64,000 nt of DNA from Acidimicrobiia bacterium (GCA_026002975.1 BPGJ01000012.1:4299-68298); one strand, 5' to 3'; shown: positions 1 through 9,309, numbered from the stretch's first letter. Program-made: numbers and translations. Notes: generated by a model not told the origin, from the letters alone.

Positions 1-367
1 CCATGGTCCTCATCAGCAGGGTGTCCACCCATCCTCCCCGGTACCCGGACACCAACCCGATGGGTACCCCCGCCATCAGGGCCAACCCGACAGCCACGAA
101 CCCCACCTGGAGGGAGACTCTGGACGCGAGGAGCACCCGGCTGAACACGTCCCGTCCCAGCTCGTCCGTGCCGAACGGATGTGATGACGAGGGGGGCGCG
201 AGCCGAGCCGAGATGTCGACCTCGTTGATCCCGTAAGGAGCGACGATCGGCGCCACCAGGGCGGTGACCACCAGCGCGGTCAACACCAGGATCCCCGCCG
301 CTGCCAACCGGTTGGACAACAACGCCCGACCGATCGCTGCCCAGCGGCTCCCGGTTCGCTCAGTCAT
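1..367 (-). CDS. Peptide/nickel ABC transporter permease, DppC/OppC type (3' end truncated by window edge)
   Basis: Manual translation from ATG 367: MTERTGSRWAAIGRALLSNRLAAAG...HPFGTDELGRDVFSRV, the OppC/DppC signature; overlaps the stop of the upstream permease. Confidence 0.9.
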   Translation of the reverse strand, partial: MTERTGSRWAAIGRALLSNRLAAAGILVLTALVVTALVAPIVAPYGINEVDISARLAPPSSSHPFGTDELGRDVFSRVLLASRVSLQVGFVAVGLALMAGVPIGLVSGYRGGWVDTLLMRTM

Positions 368-1304
368 AACGAACCCGCGGGTCGAGTCGTGCGTACAACA
401 AGTCGACCAGGAGGTTGACGAGCAGGAACGTCGCCGCCAGGTAGAGGACCGTCCCCTGCAGGACGGTGAAGTCCCGATCCTGGACGGCGAGCAAGGCCAA
501 ACGGCCCAAACCCGGCCAGGCGAAGATCACCTCGACGACCACCACCCCACCGAGGAGGAATCCCAACTGGAGGCCTACCACCGTGACGATCGGGATCCAG
601 GCGTTGGGAAGGACGTGCCCTACGGTGACCTGCCAACGGGATAGGCCCTTGGCGAAGGCAGTGCGTACGTAGTCCCGGTTCATCGCTTCGAGGACGGCCG
701 AACGCACGAACCGGAACAGGATCGACCCGGATACCAGCCCCACCGTGCAGGCGGGAAGGATCAGATGGGACAGCCATCCCCACGGGTCCTCTGCAAAAGA
801 CACGTATCCCGACGGGGGCAGCCATCCCAGGGTGAGGGAGAACAGGAGGATGTACATGATCCCCGACCAGAAGTCGGGAATGGAGATACCGATCTGGCTG
901 GCTACCGTGGCCACGTAGTCGACCAGCGATCCGTGACGTAGCGCCGCAAGGATGCCGAGCGGCACCGCCACCACCAACGCCACCGTCAGGGCTGCGGCGG
1001 CCAGGGTGAAAGTAGCAGGCAAACGCTCGAGCAGGAGTTCGGTAACGGGACGACCCGTTCGGAAGCTCACTCCTAGATCGCCTCGGACCGCGTCTGCCAG
1101 CCAGGAGAGGTACTGGACCGTCAAAGGCCGGTCGAGGCCCATCCTCCTGCGCAGTGCTTCGTAGGTCTCCGGGTCGAAGCGGGTACCAAGGGCGATCCGC
1201 ACCGGATCCCCAGGTACGAGATGGATGAGGGCGAAGACGACCACGCTCACGCCGAGGAGAGCCAGCAGAGTCTGGCCTCCCCGGCGGAGCAGGTACCTGG
1301 TCAC
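360..1304 (-). CDS. Peptide/nickel ABC transporter permease, DppB/OppB type
   Basis: PGDP N-terminal motif, GDLGVSFR, EAA-loop region DYVRTAFAKGL, C-terminal LDPRVR. Confidence 0.93.
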   Translation of the reverse strand: MTRYLLRRGGQTLLALLGVSVVVFALIHLVPGDPVRIALGTRFDPETYEALRRRMGLDRPLTVQYLSWLADAVRGDLGVSFRTGRPVTELLLERLPATFTLAAAALTVALVVAVPLGILAALRHGSLVDYVATVASQIGISIPDFWSGIMYILLFSLTLGWLPPSGYVSFAEDPWGWLSHLILPACTVGLVSGSILFRFVRSAVLEAMNRDYVRTAFAKGLSRWQVTVGHVLPNAWIPIVTVVGLQLGFLLGGVVVVEVIFAWPGLGRLALLAVQDRDFTVLQGTVLYLAATFLLVNLLVDLLYARLDPRVRYD

Positions 1305-1343
1305 CTCAGTCTGGCGGGTCGCTGAGAGCGGCGACCCATCGGA

Positions 1344-3010
1344 TCAGCGTTCGATACGGGTCTCGACGAAGCGGAGCGGCCCCGTCGCCTCCGTACCTGG
1401 TACCCGGTCACGTGGGCGCGCCCAGGCCTGGATGTTCGTCCGGGATTGTACAGGTAGATGTAGGAGGCGTCGTCCACGATCAGCTCGGCCGCGTCGTCGT
1501 ACAGCGCCTTCCGTGACGTCCCGGATCGGTCTCCACCCGGCCCGCGTCGAGCAGCGCGTCCACCTCCGCGTTGCAGTAGCCCTGGAAGTTGAACTTCCCG
1601 TTGCAGTGGTGCTGCCCGTAGTAGAAGTCGTCCGGGTCGAGGTTGCCGATCCAGCATCGACAGGAACGCGTCGAACTCGCCGTCGGCCTGGCGGTCGAGC
1701 CAGGTGCCGAAATCCACGTCGGCGATCTCCACCCGGATGCCCAGCGGCTCCAGCTGGCTGGCGATCGACCTGGGCCTCGGCCACCGTCTCGGGGAAGTCG
1801 GAGGTGACCAGGAGCTCGATCGTCAGCCCCTCCACCCCCGCCTCTTCCAGCAGGGCCCGCGCACTCTCGGCGAGGTCCGCCGGCCGGTACGGCGCGTACT
1901 CGTGGTACCAGAAGCTGGACGGAGGGATCGCCGTCTGGTTGGGGGTGGCCGCCCCAAACGGGCCGAGCCGCCTCGGCCACGGCCTCACGGTCGATGGCCA
2001 TCGCGATCGCCCTCCTCACCCGGACGTCCCCGAAGGGCGGCCGCGTTCTTGGTTCAGAGCGTCAGGTAGTGGTAGTCCCCCCCTGGGGACCCTCTGCACG
2101 ACCACCGACCCGTCGTCTCTCCAGTTCCGCCGGCCGCGGAAGGAGGCACCCCGTCGACCCAGTCGACCTCGCCGGTCTGCGAGGCCTGGTCAGCGCTTCG
2201 ACCGTCGGATCTGGGATCTGGTCACGAACCGGATCCCGTCCAGATGCGGCAGTCCCTGCGTCGGACCGCCAATAGTCCGGGTTGCGCTCCAGCAGGATTG
2301 CTCCTGGCCGGGGGACCGCTGACACGAACCGGAAGGGTCCCGTGCCCGACCGGTTGCGTGTCGATCAGATGCCGGCTTCGACGATCTCCCGGGGCACGAT
2401 CGCCATCCCCTTGAACCCACCGACGATCTGACCAGCAGGTTCGGGGTGGGCCGGTTCAAGGTGATCCTGACCGGTGTGGTCGTCGACCGCCGTCCACCGA
2501 TCCTCGATCGAGGCGAACCGGAAGGCGTTGGCCGCTCCCACGTCGGGGTCCATGATGCCGTTCGATAGGAGTACACCACGTCGGCGGCGGTGACCAGAGG
2601 GCGCCCGTTGTGGAACACGACGTCCTTCCCGTCAGGAAGAACGTCCAGGTCCAGTTGCCGTCCTGGGAGATCTCCCACTCCGTCGCCAGCGCCGGCTCCA
2701 TCGTCAGGTCCGCTCCGGGCTCGACCAGCGTGTCGTACACGTTCTCCAGCACCTGGAGGCTGGCGTCTCCGATGTGGTCAGGTGGGGGTCCAGTCCGTCC
2801 GGGGTTCGGCGTCCCTGGGCCGCCACCAGAACGTGGCTCGGTCTCCCTGCTCGCCGTCGGTGGAGCGTCTGCGGACGCCGGGGTGTCCTCGGGGAACTCG
2901 GCGCGGTGGTCGAATCGGCTCGGCTCCACGTCGACGCTCTCGCCACCCGTGCACGCCCCGGCAACCAAGGCGAAACCGACCAGCAGGCCGACCAGGATCT
3001 GTTGCTTCAT
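1344..3010 (-). pseudogene. ABC transporter family-5 substrate-binding lipoprotein broken by many frameshifts (pseudogene or sequencing errors)
   Basis: Lipoprotein signal MKQQILVGLLVGFALVAGAC at 3010. Fragments in alternating frames: ENVYDTLVEP..PALATEW, FHNGRPLVTAADVVYS, LERNPDYW, RRAIAMAIDRE, NFQGYCNAEVDALL, RFVETRIER*. Confidence 0.8.
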
Positions 3011-3042
3011 CTTCCTGTACGTCTCCGGGTCTTCTCGACCGG

Positions 3043-3624
3043 TCAGAACGTCGGTGGGGTGACGGCCCCCACCACGACGGCTTCTATGTGGTCTCGGTTC
3101 TCCCACCAATGCGGCCGCGCGGGGTCGTATGTCACGGAGTCGCCCGTCGACAGCCGATGCTCCTGACCACCCACGGATACGTAGAGGTTTCCTTCCAACA
3201 CCAATACGCATTCCTCCCCGTCGTGTTGGAACGGGTTGTCTCTGTTGGAGAACCCTGGCGGTATGGACGTTTGCAACATCTCCAGGCGTCCCCGCAGGTT
3301 GGGGGTGAGCAGCTCGTAGACCAGCCCCTCGGACCCGAACTGGAGCCGCATACGTTCGTGTCGCCGGACCACCATGGGGCCCGGGGATTCATCCGTTGCA
3401 GCTTCTACCAAGTCGCCGATCCGGATCCCCAACGCTTGGGCGATCTTCTGCAAGGTCTTGAAAGACGGGTTGCCCCGTCCCTGCTCGATCTGACTCAACA
3501 CACCCACGCTGACGCCGGCTGCCTTGGCGAGCTCGTGGATGCTGAAACGTCCAGCCCGCTGAGCTCGGATCGCCTGTCCTAGACGGGCCGCAGGACCATC
3601 CTCGCGGGTTTGGTTAGATGACAC
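3043..3624 (-). CDS. XRE-family HTH plus cupin transcriptional regulator (PuuR/SutR-like)
   Basis: HTH ELAKAAGVSVGVLSQIEQGRGNPS; cupin motif HDGEECVLVLEG; heads the ABC operon. Confidence 0.9.
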   Translation of the reverse strand: MSSNQTREDGPAARLGQAIRAQRAGRFSIHELAKAAGVSVGVLSQIEQGRGNPSFKTLQKIAQALGIRIGDLVEAATDESPGPMVVRRHERMRLQFGSEGLVYELLTPNLRGRLEMLQTSIPPGFSNRDNPFQHDGEECVLVLEGNLYVSVGGQEHRLSTGDSVTYDPARPHWWENRDHIEAVVVGAVTPPTF

Positions 3625-3628
3625 GGCT

Positions 3629-3644
3629 GTTCACTATATCGAAC
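3629..3644. promoter_or_regulatory. Imperfect palindrome GTTCACTATATCGAAC overlapping the -10 (TATAGT, minus strand) of the XRE-cupin gene; likely autoregulatory operator
   Basis: AT-rich inverted repeat in GC-rich DNA, 4 nt upstream of the GTG start. Confidence 0.5.
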
Positions 3645-3725
3645 TCCATCCCTCGTCGCCAAGGGCCCCGGTCTATCCGTCATCTGCCGGGCCTAACTTG
3701 AACGGGGCGCTATGTTGCTGCGGAG

Positions 3726-4175
3726 ATGGTGGACGAACTGCTCGAAGCCGAGCGCAGATACCAGATGATCCTCCGGCTGTCGGAAGAGGGTCGAATGGCC
3801 CAGCTGTCCGACCTCCTCCGGGATGGGACCACCGTCCGCATGTTGGGGCTGCTGCCCGAGGCGTCTCGCCGCCGGGTCGAGGTGCATCTACGGGAGGTGG
3901 CGGCCTGGGAGCAGCACCAACGGGACTTGGCTCTTCGTCGACTGTTCGACGCTCGGCGGGCCTTGGAGCGGTTCGACCTCGACCTGGCCAAGGGCCTGGC
4001 AGCCAAGGTCGACAGCCGATGGCTCGACCCTCGAGAGCTGGAGGAACGAGACCAGCTCCTCATCGACATCTCGGCCCGGGAGCTGGAACTGGAGCCGCTC
4101 CAGCGAGCTGAACGTGCCCTCACCGAGAAGCCTCGCCCGGGCCGGAGACCCTGGTGGCGTCGCCTACTCGGTTAG
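3726..4175 (+). CDS. Hypothetical helical protein
   Basis: 149-aa ORF with GGAG RBS and genome-typical codon usage; fills the gap between flanking genes. Confidence 0.7.
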   Translation: MVDELLEAERRYQMILRLSEEGRMAQLSDLLRDGTTVRMLGLLPEASRRRVEVHLREVAAWEQHQRDLALRRLFDARRALERFDLDLAKGLAAKVDSRWLDPRELEERDQLLIDISARELELEPLQRAERALTEKPRPGRRPWWRRLLG

Positions 4176-4178
4176 ACG

Positions 4179-4967
4179 TCAGGGAGCCGCGGTCGTGGGA
4201 GGTGCGGTCGTGGTAGGGGGGGTGGTCGAAGCGACCGGCGGCGCCACAGCCACGTCACCGAGCAGCAACGCCCAGGCGATGTCCAGGTCGTCGGCGGCCG
4301 CCACGGGGCGGGCGGGCAGCGCCGACAGCGCCAGGTCGATCCGGGTGACGGCTTCGTCGATCCGTGGTGTCCCCGTGTGCTCGCCGAGCACCGCTCGGGC
4401 CGCCCTGAGGTCGGCCTCGGCCAGCCCATAGTTGGCCTGATACAGGAACAACCTGGCCCGGGACATCAGCTCCATGGCTCTCAGCACTGCCAGCTCCTCG
4501 GCGAAGCCCGAATCCGCCTGGTCCACCCGGGCGCCCAGCTCCTCGGAGGTTCGCTCGAGTGCTTCGATCCGGCGATCCAGCTCGGCCAGCCGATCGGCCA
4601 GCGCGTCGACCTCTCCGGCGGTATCCTCGCCGGCCGCCTCCACCGCCCCCACCTCCGCCTCGGTGGCGGCAGCCCGGGCTTCGAGCTGTGCCAGACGCTC
4701 TTCGATCGCGGCCAGCCGGTCGGTCAGCTCGGCCACCTGCGCGGTGTTGGTCTCCACCGGACGCAAGAGCCGATCCTGCACCACCGGCCACCCGTAGTAG
4801 ACGCCCACCCCGATAGCCGCGATCACCAGCAGCCAGAACACCCAGCGGGCCAGACGCCGAACCCACCGACCGAACCCGCCAGCCGGCCGGTCTTCGCCGG
4901 TTACGGGAGCGACCGGGCGGGCCGGTTCGTGCTCCTGCTCCGGGTTTGGGACGGGTTCGGTGGTCAT
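4179..4967 (-). CDS. Hypothetical single-TM coiled-coil protein
   Basis: TM segment WVFWLLVIAAIGVGVYYGW, long heptad region, Pro/Thr-rich tail. Confidence 0.75.
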   Translation of the reverse strand: MTTEPVPNPEQEHEPARPVAPVTGEDRPAGGFGRWVRRLARWVFWLLVIAAIGVGVYYGWPVVQDRLLRPVETNTAQVAELTDRLAAIEERLAQLEARAAATEAEVGAVEAAGEDTAGEVDALADRLAELDRRIEALERTSEELGARVDQADSGFAEELAVLRAMELMSRARLFLYQANYGLAEADLRAARAVLGEHTGTPRIDEAVTRIDLALSALPARPVAAADDLDIAWALLLGDVAVAPPVASTTPPTTTAPPTTAAP

Positions 4968-4999
4968 GGGAACATGCTACGCGGCGGAACCTCCCACGA

Positions 5000-5263
5000 T
5001 CAGTGGTTTCGCAAGGCGTCGATGAGCTCTCCTTTCTTCATCTCGGAGTAGCCGTCGATGCCGATCTCCTTGGCTTTCTCCCTGAGCTCGTCCACAGTCC
5101 ACTCCTCGTAGGGAGGAGAGCTCCCGCCCCTGCGGGCGGCTTCTTTGCGGGGGGTGTTGGCGATACGGGCGGCTTTCTCCTTGCTCATACCTTCGTCTCT
5201 GAGGGCTTCGTAACGCTCCTCGTCCTTGATCGTCGGTCCATGATCCTTGCTCTGTTTGCTCAT
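5000..5263 (-). CDS. Small stress protein with C-terminal Rho-N-like domain
   Basis: MSKQSKDHGPTIKDEERYEALRDEGMSKEKAARIAN...YEEWTVDELREKAKEIGIDGYSEMKKGELIDALRNH; RBS GAGAGGAGG. Confidence 0.85.
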   Translation of the reverse strand: MSKQSKDHGPTIKDEERYEALRDEGMSKEKAARIANTPRKEAARRGGSSPPYEEWTVDELREKAKEIGIDGYSEMKKGELIDALRNH

Positions 5264-5285
5264 CGTGCCTCCTCTCTCGGGGCGG

Positions 5286-5672
5286 TCAGTCACCCATCGG
5301 TGTGTCCGTCCAGGTGCCGAACCGCCAGATGTACCGTCCGCCATGGGAATCCAGGATCGACGCCGCCTCGACCGCGTCGTCGGGTTCGGAGTCGACCGAA
5401 ACCACCACGTTTCCTGCAGCCAGCTCGGCATCGAGGCGATCGACCATACGTTGACGGTCGCCGAAGACGTCCAGCACCCTACGGATTCCCGCCATCAGCC
5501 CTTCGCCGGTCAGGTGTCGCCGCCCTTCTTCACCAACGAGGATCTCGACCTGAAAGCCGGCTTGGCGTAGGTGATCGACGACCCGCTCGGAGGACTCGGT
5601 CGGAAAGACGGCGATCACGGTGCCGTCGAAGTGATGGGGCCGGCCGTTCCCGTCGTGTGCATCCTCAAACAT
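5286..5672 (-). CDS. Hypothetical protein (general-stress-protein-like)
   Basis: Likely start MFEDAHDG at 5672 after a GAGTGAGG RBS; co-oriented with the Rho-N gene. Confidence 0.7.
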   Translation of the reverse strand: MFEDAHDGNGRPHHFDGTVIAVFPTESSERVVDHLRQAGFQVEILVGEEGRRHLTGEGLMAGIRRVLDVFGDRQRMVDRLDAELAAGNVVVSVDSEPDDAVEAASILDSHGGRYIWRFGTWTDTPMGD

Positions 5673-5710
5673 CCTCACTCCTGTTGGCCGCTTCTTCGAT
5701 CTCATTGGTG

Positions 5711-5761
5711 TTACCCACCGCAGCGCCGGCCGAAACGTTTGGTTCCGCCGCGGACCGGGTA
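5711..5761. promoter_or_regulatory. Divergent pair of SigF/SigB-type promoters (GTTT-N16-GGGTA on each strand)
   Basis: Plus strand: GTTT 5737-5740, GGGTA 5757-5761. Minus strand: GTTT 5733-5736, GGGTAA 5711-5716. The two -35 boxes form the palindrome AAACGTTT. Confidence 0.7.
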
Positions 5762-5793
5762 GGGGAACTCGCGTACCGGGCGAAGGAGGTGCG

Positions 5794-5958
5794 ATGCCCA
5801 TCCGACGGAGCAAGGACAGCAAGGGACCCTTCTATCAATGGGGCAAGACCGGTAAGAAGTACTACTACGAGGCAGGCAACGAGCGCTCGCGGAAGGCGGC
5901 CAAGGCCAAAGCCGAGAAGCAAGTGAGAGCGGCCCATGCCTCCGGTTACGAGGGTTGA
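5794..5958 (+). CDS. Unannotated 54-aa basic small protein MPIRRSKDSKGPFYQWGKTGKKYYYEAGNERSRKAAKAKAEKQVRAAHASGYEG
   Basis: Strong RBS AAGGAGGT just upstream of the ATG; Lys/Tyr-rich composition unlike shadow ORFs; below the ORF-track cut-off. Confidence 0.8.
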   Translation: MPIRRSKDSKGPFYQWGKTGKKYYYEAGNERSRKAAKAKAEKQVRAAHASGYEG

Positions 5959-6071
5959 AAGTCCCGGCACCGGCGCCGATGTCGCGGGCAGGGATCGCGA
6001 CCCAAGGGAGCATGGAAGCTAGACTCCGGGTAGGCGGTTCCCCAGCAGGAACCAGGGGAGACGCCGATCCC

Positions 6072-6145
6072 GCGGGTGTAGTTCAATGGCAGAACACGAG
6101 CTTCCCAAGCTCGGAGTGGGGGTTCGATTCCCCTCACCCGCTCCA
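6072..6145 (+). tRNA. tRNA-Gly (anticodon CCC)
   Basis: Acceptor GCGGGTG/CACCCGC, anticodon arm CGAGC-TTCCCAA-GCTCG, T-loop GGTTCGATTCC, encoded CCA end. Confidence 0.97.
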
Positions 6146-6147
6146 GT

Positions 6148-6889
6148 TCACGACACCCGTCTCCACACCCCGACGGGCTGGTAGACGGGGGGAACGTCGA
6201 CCAGGATCAGCTCGCTGGTCTCGGATGCCTCCAGTTGGAGCGGTCCGTGGTCGTGGATCTCGGCGGCGTCGCCCTCGTCCAAAGTCTGACCGTCGGCTCG
6301 GACCGCCCCCCGGATCACATACAGATAGCCGGACCGGCCCGGTTCGAACCGGTGCTCCACCCGATGTCCCTCCTCCAGACGAGAGACGAACACCCGGGCG
6401 TCCCCATGCACCTTCACCGCCCCGTCGCTCCCCTCCGGGTTGAACACCTCGAGCAGCCGGTTGGTGCGGTCGGCGACGTCCCAGACCCGTTGCTCCACCG
6501 ACGGCTCCAGGTCGGCCTCGGAAGGGAGGATCCACATCTGGATGAACCGCATCGGCTGGTCCGGGGAGGCGTTCTGTTCGGAGTGCCAGGCTCCCCGACC
6601 CAACGTCATCCGCTGCACCGACCCGGCGGGCAACGGGCCCGGCGGGCCCCCGATGTCGTCCTCGTGCCGAAACAGGCCCTCCACCACGTAGGTGAGACCC
6701 TCGACGTCCCGATGGGGATGCGAGAGGCCACACCGCTCCCGGCGCCAAGGTGTCGTCGTTGAACACCCTGAGGGGTCCGATCCCCATCCGGCGTGGGTCC
6801 CGGAACCGGTCGAAGCTGAAGTGCCATCGAGCCTGGAACCAGCCTCCGTCCTCGAACCAGATCTCCGAGCTGCGCCGAATCTCCAACAC
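6148..6889 (-). CDS. Pirin-family protein (YhhW-like), one frameshift near 6721
   Basis: [18 protein letters not shown] in one frame and [33 protein letters not shown] in another. Confidence 0.85.
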
Positions 6890-6929
6890 CCGACCCAGCC
6901 TAGGCACGCCCCCGGTAGCATCCCCGACG

Positions 6930-7503
6930 GTGATCTTCTCCGACCGCACCATCCGCGAGGCGCTGGCCCAGGGCAGGATCGAGATCGATCCCTTCGAACC
7001 ATCCTCGGTCCAGCCCTCGAGCGTGGATCTGCGGGTCGGCCGTTCGTTCCGGGTGTTCGAGAACCACCGCTACCCCCACATCGACCCCCGGTCGCCCCAG
7101 GAGGACCTGACCACCCTGGTCGAGGTGCCGGAAGACGAGCCGTTCATCCTCCACCCGGGCGAGTTCGTGCTCGGAACCACCCTGGAACGGGTCCGGCTGG
7201 GAGACGACGTGGTGGCCCGCCTGGAGGGGAAGTCGAGTCTGGGCAGGCTGGGCCTCCTCATCCACAGCACAGCCGGTTTCGTCGATCCCGGCTTCGACGG
7301 GTACCTCACCCTGGAACTCTCCAACGTGGCCAACCTGCCCATCGCCATCTACCCGAGCATGAGGATCGGACAGATCAGCTTCTACCAACTCAGCTCGCCC
7401 GCCGAGCTCCTGTACGGAGATCCTCGGCTCGGCTCCAAGTACCAGGGACAGCAGGGACCCACCCCCAGCCGCGCCCACGTCGACTTCGGGAAAAAACGCC
7501 TAA
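6930..7503 (+). CDS. dcd: dCTP deaminase; natural stop probably TAA 7501-7503, with one extra A in the A6 run at 7491-7496
   Basis: [48 protein letters not shown]. As assembled the frame runs on antisense into khtU. Confidence 0.92.
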
Positions 7504-7528
7504 AGCGAGGCCCCAAAACCGCCGATAC
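7501..7528 (+). promoter_or_regulatory. Sigma28 (FliA/WhiG/SigD)-type promoter TAAA-N16-GCCGATAC
   Basis: TAAA 7501-7504, 16-nt spacer, GCCGATAC 7521-7528. Confidence 0.6.
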
Positions 7529-7535
7529 CGGCTTA

Positions 7536-7648
7536 GACAACCGACCCGCACCTCCTCCCTCGGAGTGCCCTTCCTCCGACATCCCCTCTGCCCCGGCGGG
7601 CGGTTATCAGACGGGCGGCCGCTCGAAGCGGCCGCCCGTCGTTGGTTT
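7536..7648 (+). ncRNA. Candidate small RNA with C/U-rich loops
   Basis: Promoter upstream; stems 7539-7549/7596-7605 and 7560-7565/7574-7579; terminator downstream; no credible short ORF. Confidence 0.5.
7610..7648. terminator. Intrinsic terminator hairpin, possibly bidirectional
   Basis: 13-bp perfect stem GACGGGCGGCCGC/GCGGCCGCCCGTC, loop TCGAA, followed by GTTGGTTT on the plus strand. Confidence 0.8.
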
Positions 7649-7652
7649 CGGC

Positions 7653-8801
7653 TCAAACCACCACCCGACCGGCTGCTACCACGGCTCGGGCCGCCAGAGG
7701 ACCGGCGATCGCCAGGATCAACACGTAGGCGGCCGCGATCGGACCCAAATCGACACCGAAGGCTCCGGCTCCCAGCCCGGCGACCACGATGGAGAACTCG
7801 CCCCGGGCCACCAACGCCACCCCGGCTCGGAGCCTGCCCCGTGCCCCGACCCCGCTGCGGGCCGCCGCCCACCATCCGGTCGCGACCTTGGTGGCGGCGG
7901 TCACCAGGGCGAGGAGCAGAGCCGGCAACAGCACCGGGGGAATGGTGCGGGGGTCGGTGGACAGCCCGAAGAACACGAAGAACACCGCCGCGAACAGATC
8001 CCGGAGCGGCCCGAGCAGTCCCCTCGCCCGATGGACCCCCTCTCCCGACAACGACAGCCCCACCAGGAAGGCCCCCACCGCGGCCGAGATGTGGAGACGC
8101 TCCGCCAAACCGGCGACCAGCAGGGTGAACCCGAACAGGGTCAGCAGGTTCGCTTCGTCGGAGTGATGGAACACCACCGACCCGATCCGCTCGCCGCTCC
8201 GGCTCACCAGGAGGATCACCGCCACCACCACCAGTAGCGCCACGCCCGCGGTGGTCACCGCCCCGAGAGGCGACGACCCGACGGCCAGCACACCCAGGAT
8301 CGGCAGCAGCACCGCCATGGCCAGGTCCTCGAACACCAGGATGGAGAGGACCGTCGGGGTTTCCCGGTTTCCCGACCAGCCCAGATCCCCCAGCAGCTTG
8401 GCCACCACTCCGCTCGACGAGATGTAGGTCACCACACCCAGATAGACCGCCGGGGCGGGTCCCCAGCCGAGGAGCATGCCCGCCACCCAACCCGGCGTGA
8501 AGTTGAGCACCAGATCGACCAGTCCCGCCGGAGCGACCAAGCGGAGAGACGCGACGAGCTCGTCGGCCGAGTATTCGAGCCCCAGCATGAGCAGGAGGAA
8601 CACCACCCCCAATTCGGCGCCGATCTCGATGAACTCCTCGGAAGTGACGACCGGCACCAGGCCTCCCTCCCCCAGCAGGAGGCCACCCACCAGATAGAAC
8701 GGGATGGGCGAGATCCCCAGGTTTCCGGCCAGGCGGGCCAGGACGCCCAGCCCGAGGACCACCCCACCCAGCTCGATGAGAACCAGGGCCTTGGAGGCCA
8801 C
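7653..8801 (-). CDS. CPA2 cation:proton antiporter (KhtU-like)
   Basis: Multi-TM; [40 protein letters not shown]. Confidence 0.9.
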   Translation of the reverse strand: MASKALVLIELGGVVLGLGVLARLAGNLGISPIPFYLVGGLLLGEGGLVPVVTSEEFIEIGAELGVVFLLLMLGLEYSADELVASLRLVAPAGLVDLVLNFTPGWVAGMLLGWGPAPAVYLGVVTYISSSGVVAKLLGDLGWSGNRETPTVLSILVFEDLAMAVLLPILGVLAVGSSPLGAVTTAGVALLVVVAVILLVSRSGERIGSVVFHHSDEANLLTLFGFTLLVAGLAERLHISAAVGAFLVGLSLSGEGVHRARGLLGPLRDLFAAVFFVFFGLSTDPRTIPPVLLPALLLALVTAATKVATGWWAAARSGVGARGRLRAGVALVARGEFSIVVAGLGAGAFGVDLGPIAAAYVLILAIAGPLAARAVVAAGRVVV

Positions 8802-8804
8802 CGG

Positions 8805-9289
8805 TCAGCCCGCCTGGAGGATCTTCTCGACCTGCTCGATTCCTTCGGGGGTGCCCACCACCACCAGGGTGTCGTCCGCCTCCAGCGGAAGTCGGGCCCC
8901 GGCGCCGGGTGGGCCTTCTCCCCACGGATCACAGCCACCACCGACACTCCGGTGCGGGTACGGATCCGGGCGTCACCGATGGTCTTGCCGACGTACGGAC
9001 TGGAGGACTCCACCGGGATCCAGTCGATGGCTAGCCCCTCCACCTGCTGCTGGAGGTGGGTCAGGCTCTCGATCACCCGGGACCCGCCGAGCGCCTCCGA
9101 CAAGGCGTGGCTCTCGTCGTCGCTCAGCGACACGTTGACCACCGCTGCGTCGGGGTCGTCCGGGGAGCAGACGAACAGCTCCCTCCGGCCGGTGCGATGA
9201 TGAACGACGCCGATCCGACGGCCGTCCTCGGCGTAGAACTGGTAGCGGACTCCCACCCCGGGGAGGCTGGTCTCTTCGATTCGGGGCAC
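8805..9289 (-). CDS. Cation:proton antiporter regulatory subunit with TrkA-C/RCK_C domain (KhtT-like), frameshift near 8886
   Basis: IEETSLPGVGVRY, RIRTRTGVSVVAVIR, PAPGPDF, then LEADDTLVVVGT in the shifted frame. Confidence 0.88.
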
Positions 9290-9309
9290 GGACCCCAGGT
9301 TATCTCGGG

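Noticed and set aside
5956-5982. Third sigma28-like promoter TGAA-N15-GCCGATGT before tRNA-Gly
   Set aside because: Weaker match; a TAGACT -10 closer to the tRNA is the simpler explanation.
6072-6145. tRNA-Gly as an integration site for an island
   Set aside because: No integrase and no duplicated tRNA 3' end seen in the window.
7545-7595. CsrB-like GGA-rich RNA on the minus strand of the sRNA locus
   Set aside because: The promoter and the T-rich terminator tail both point to the plus strand; kept only as a fallback reading.
6750-8237. 495-aa ORF suggesting a Dcd fusion protein
   Set aside because: The extension is antisense to khtU and crosses a terminator; removing one A from 7491-7496 gives a normal-length Dcd.
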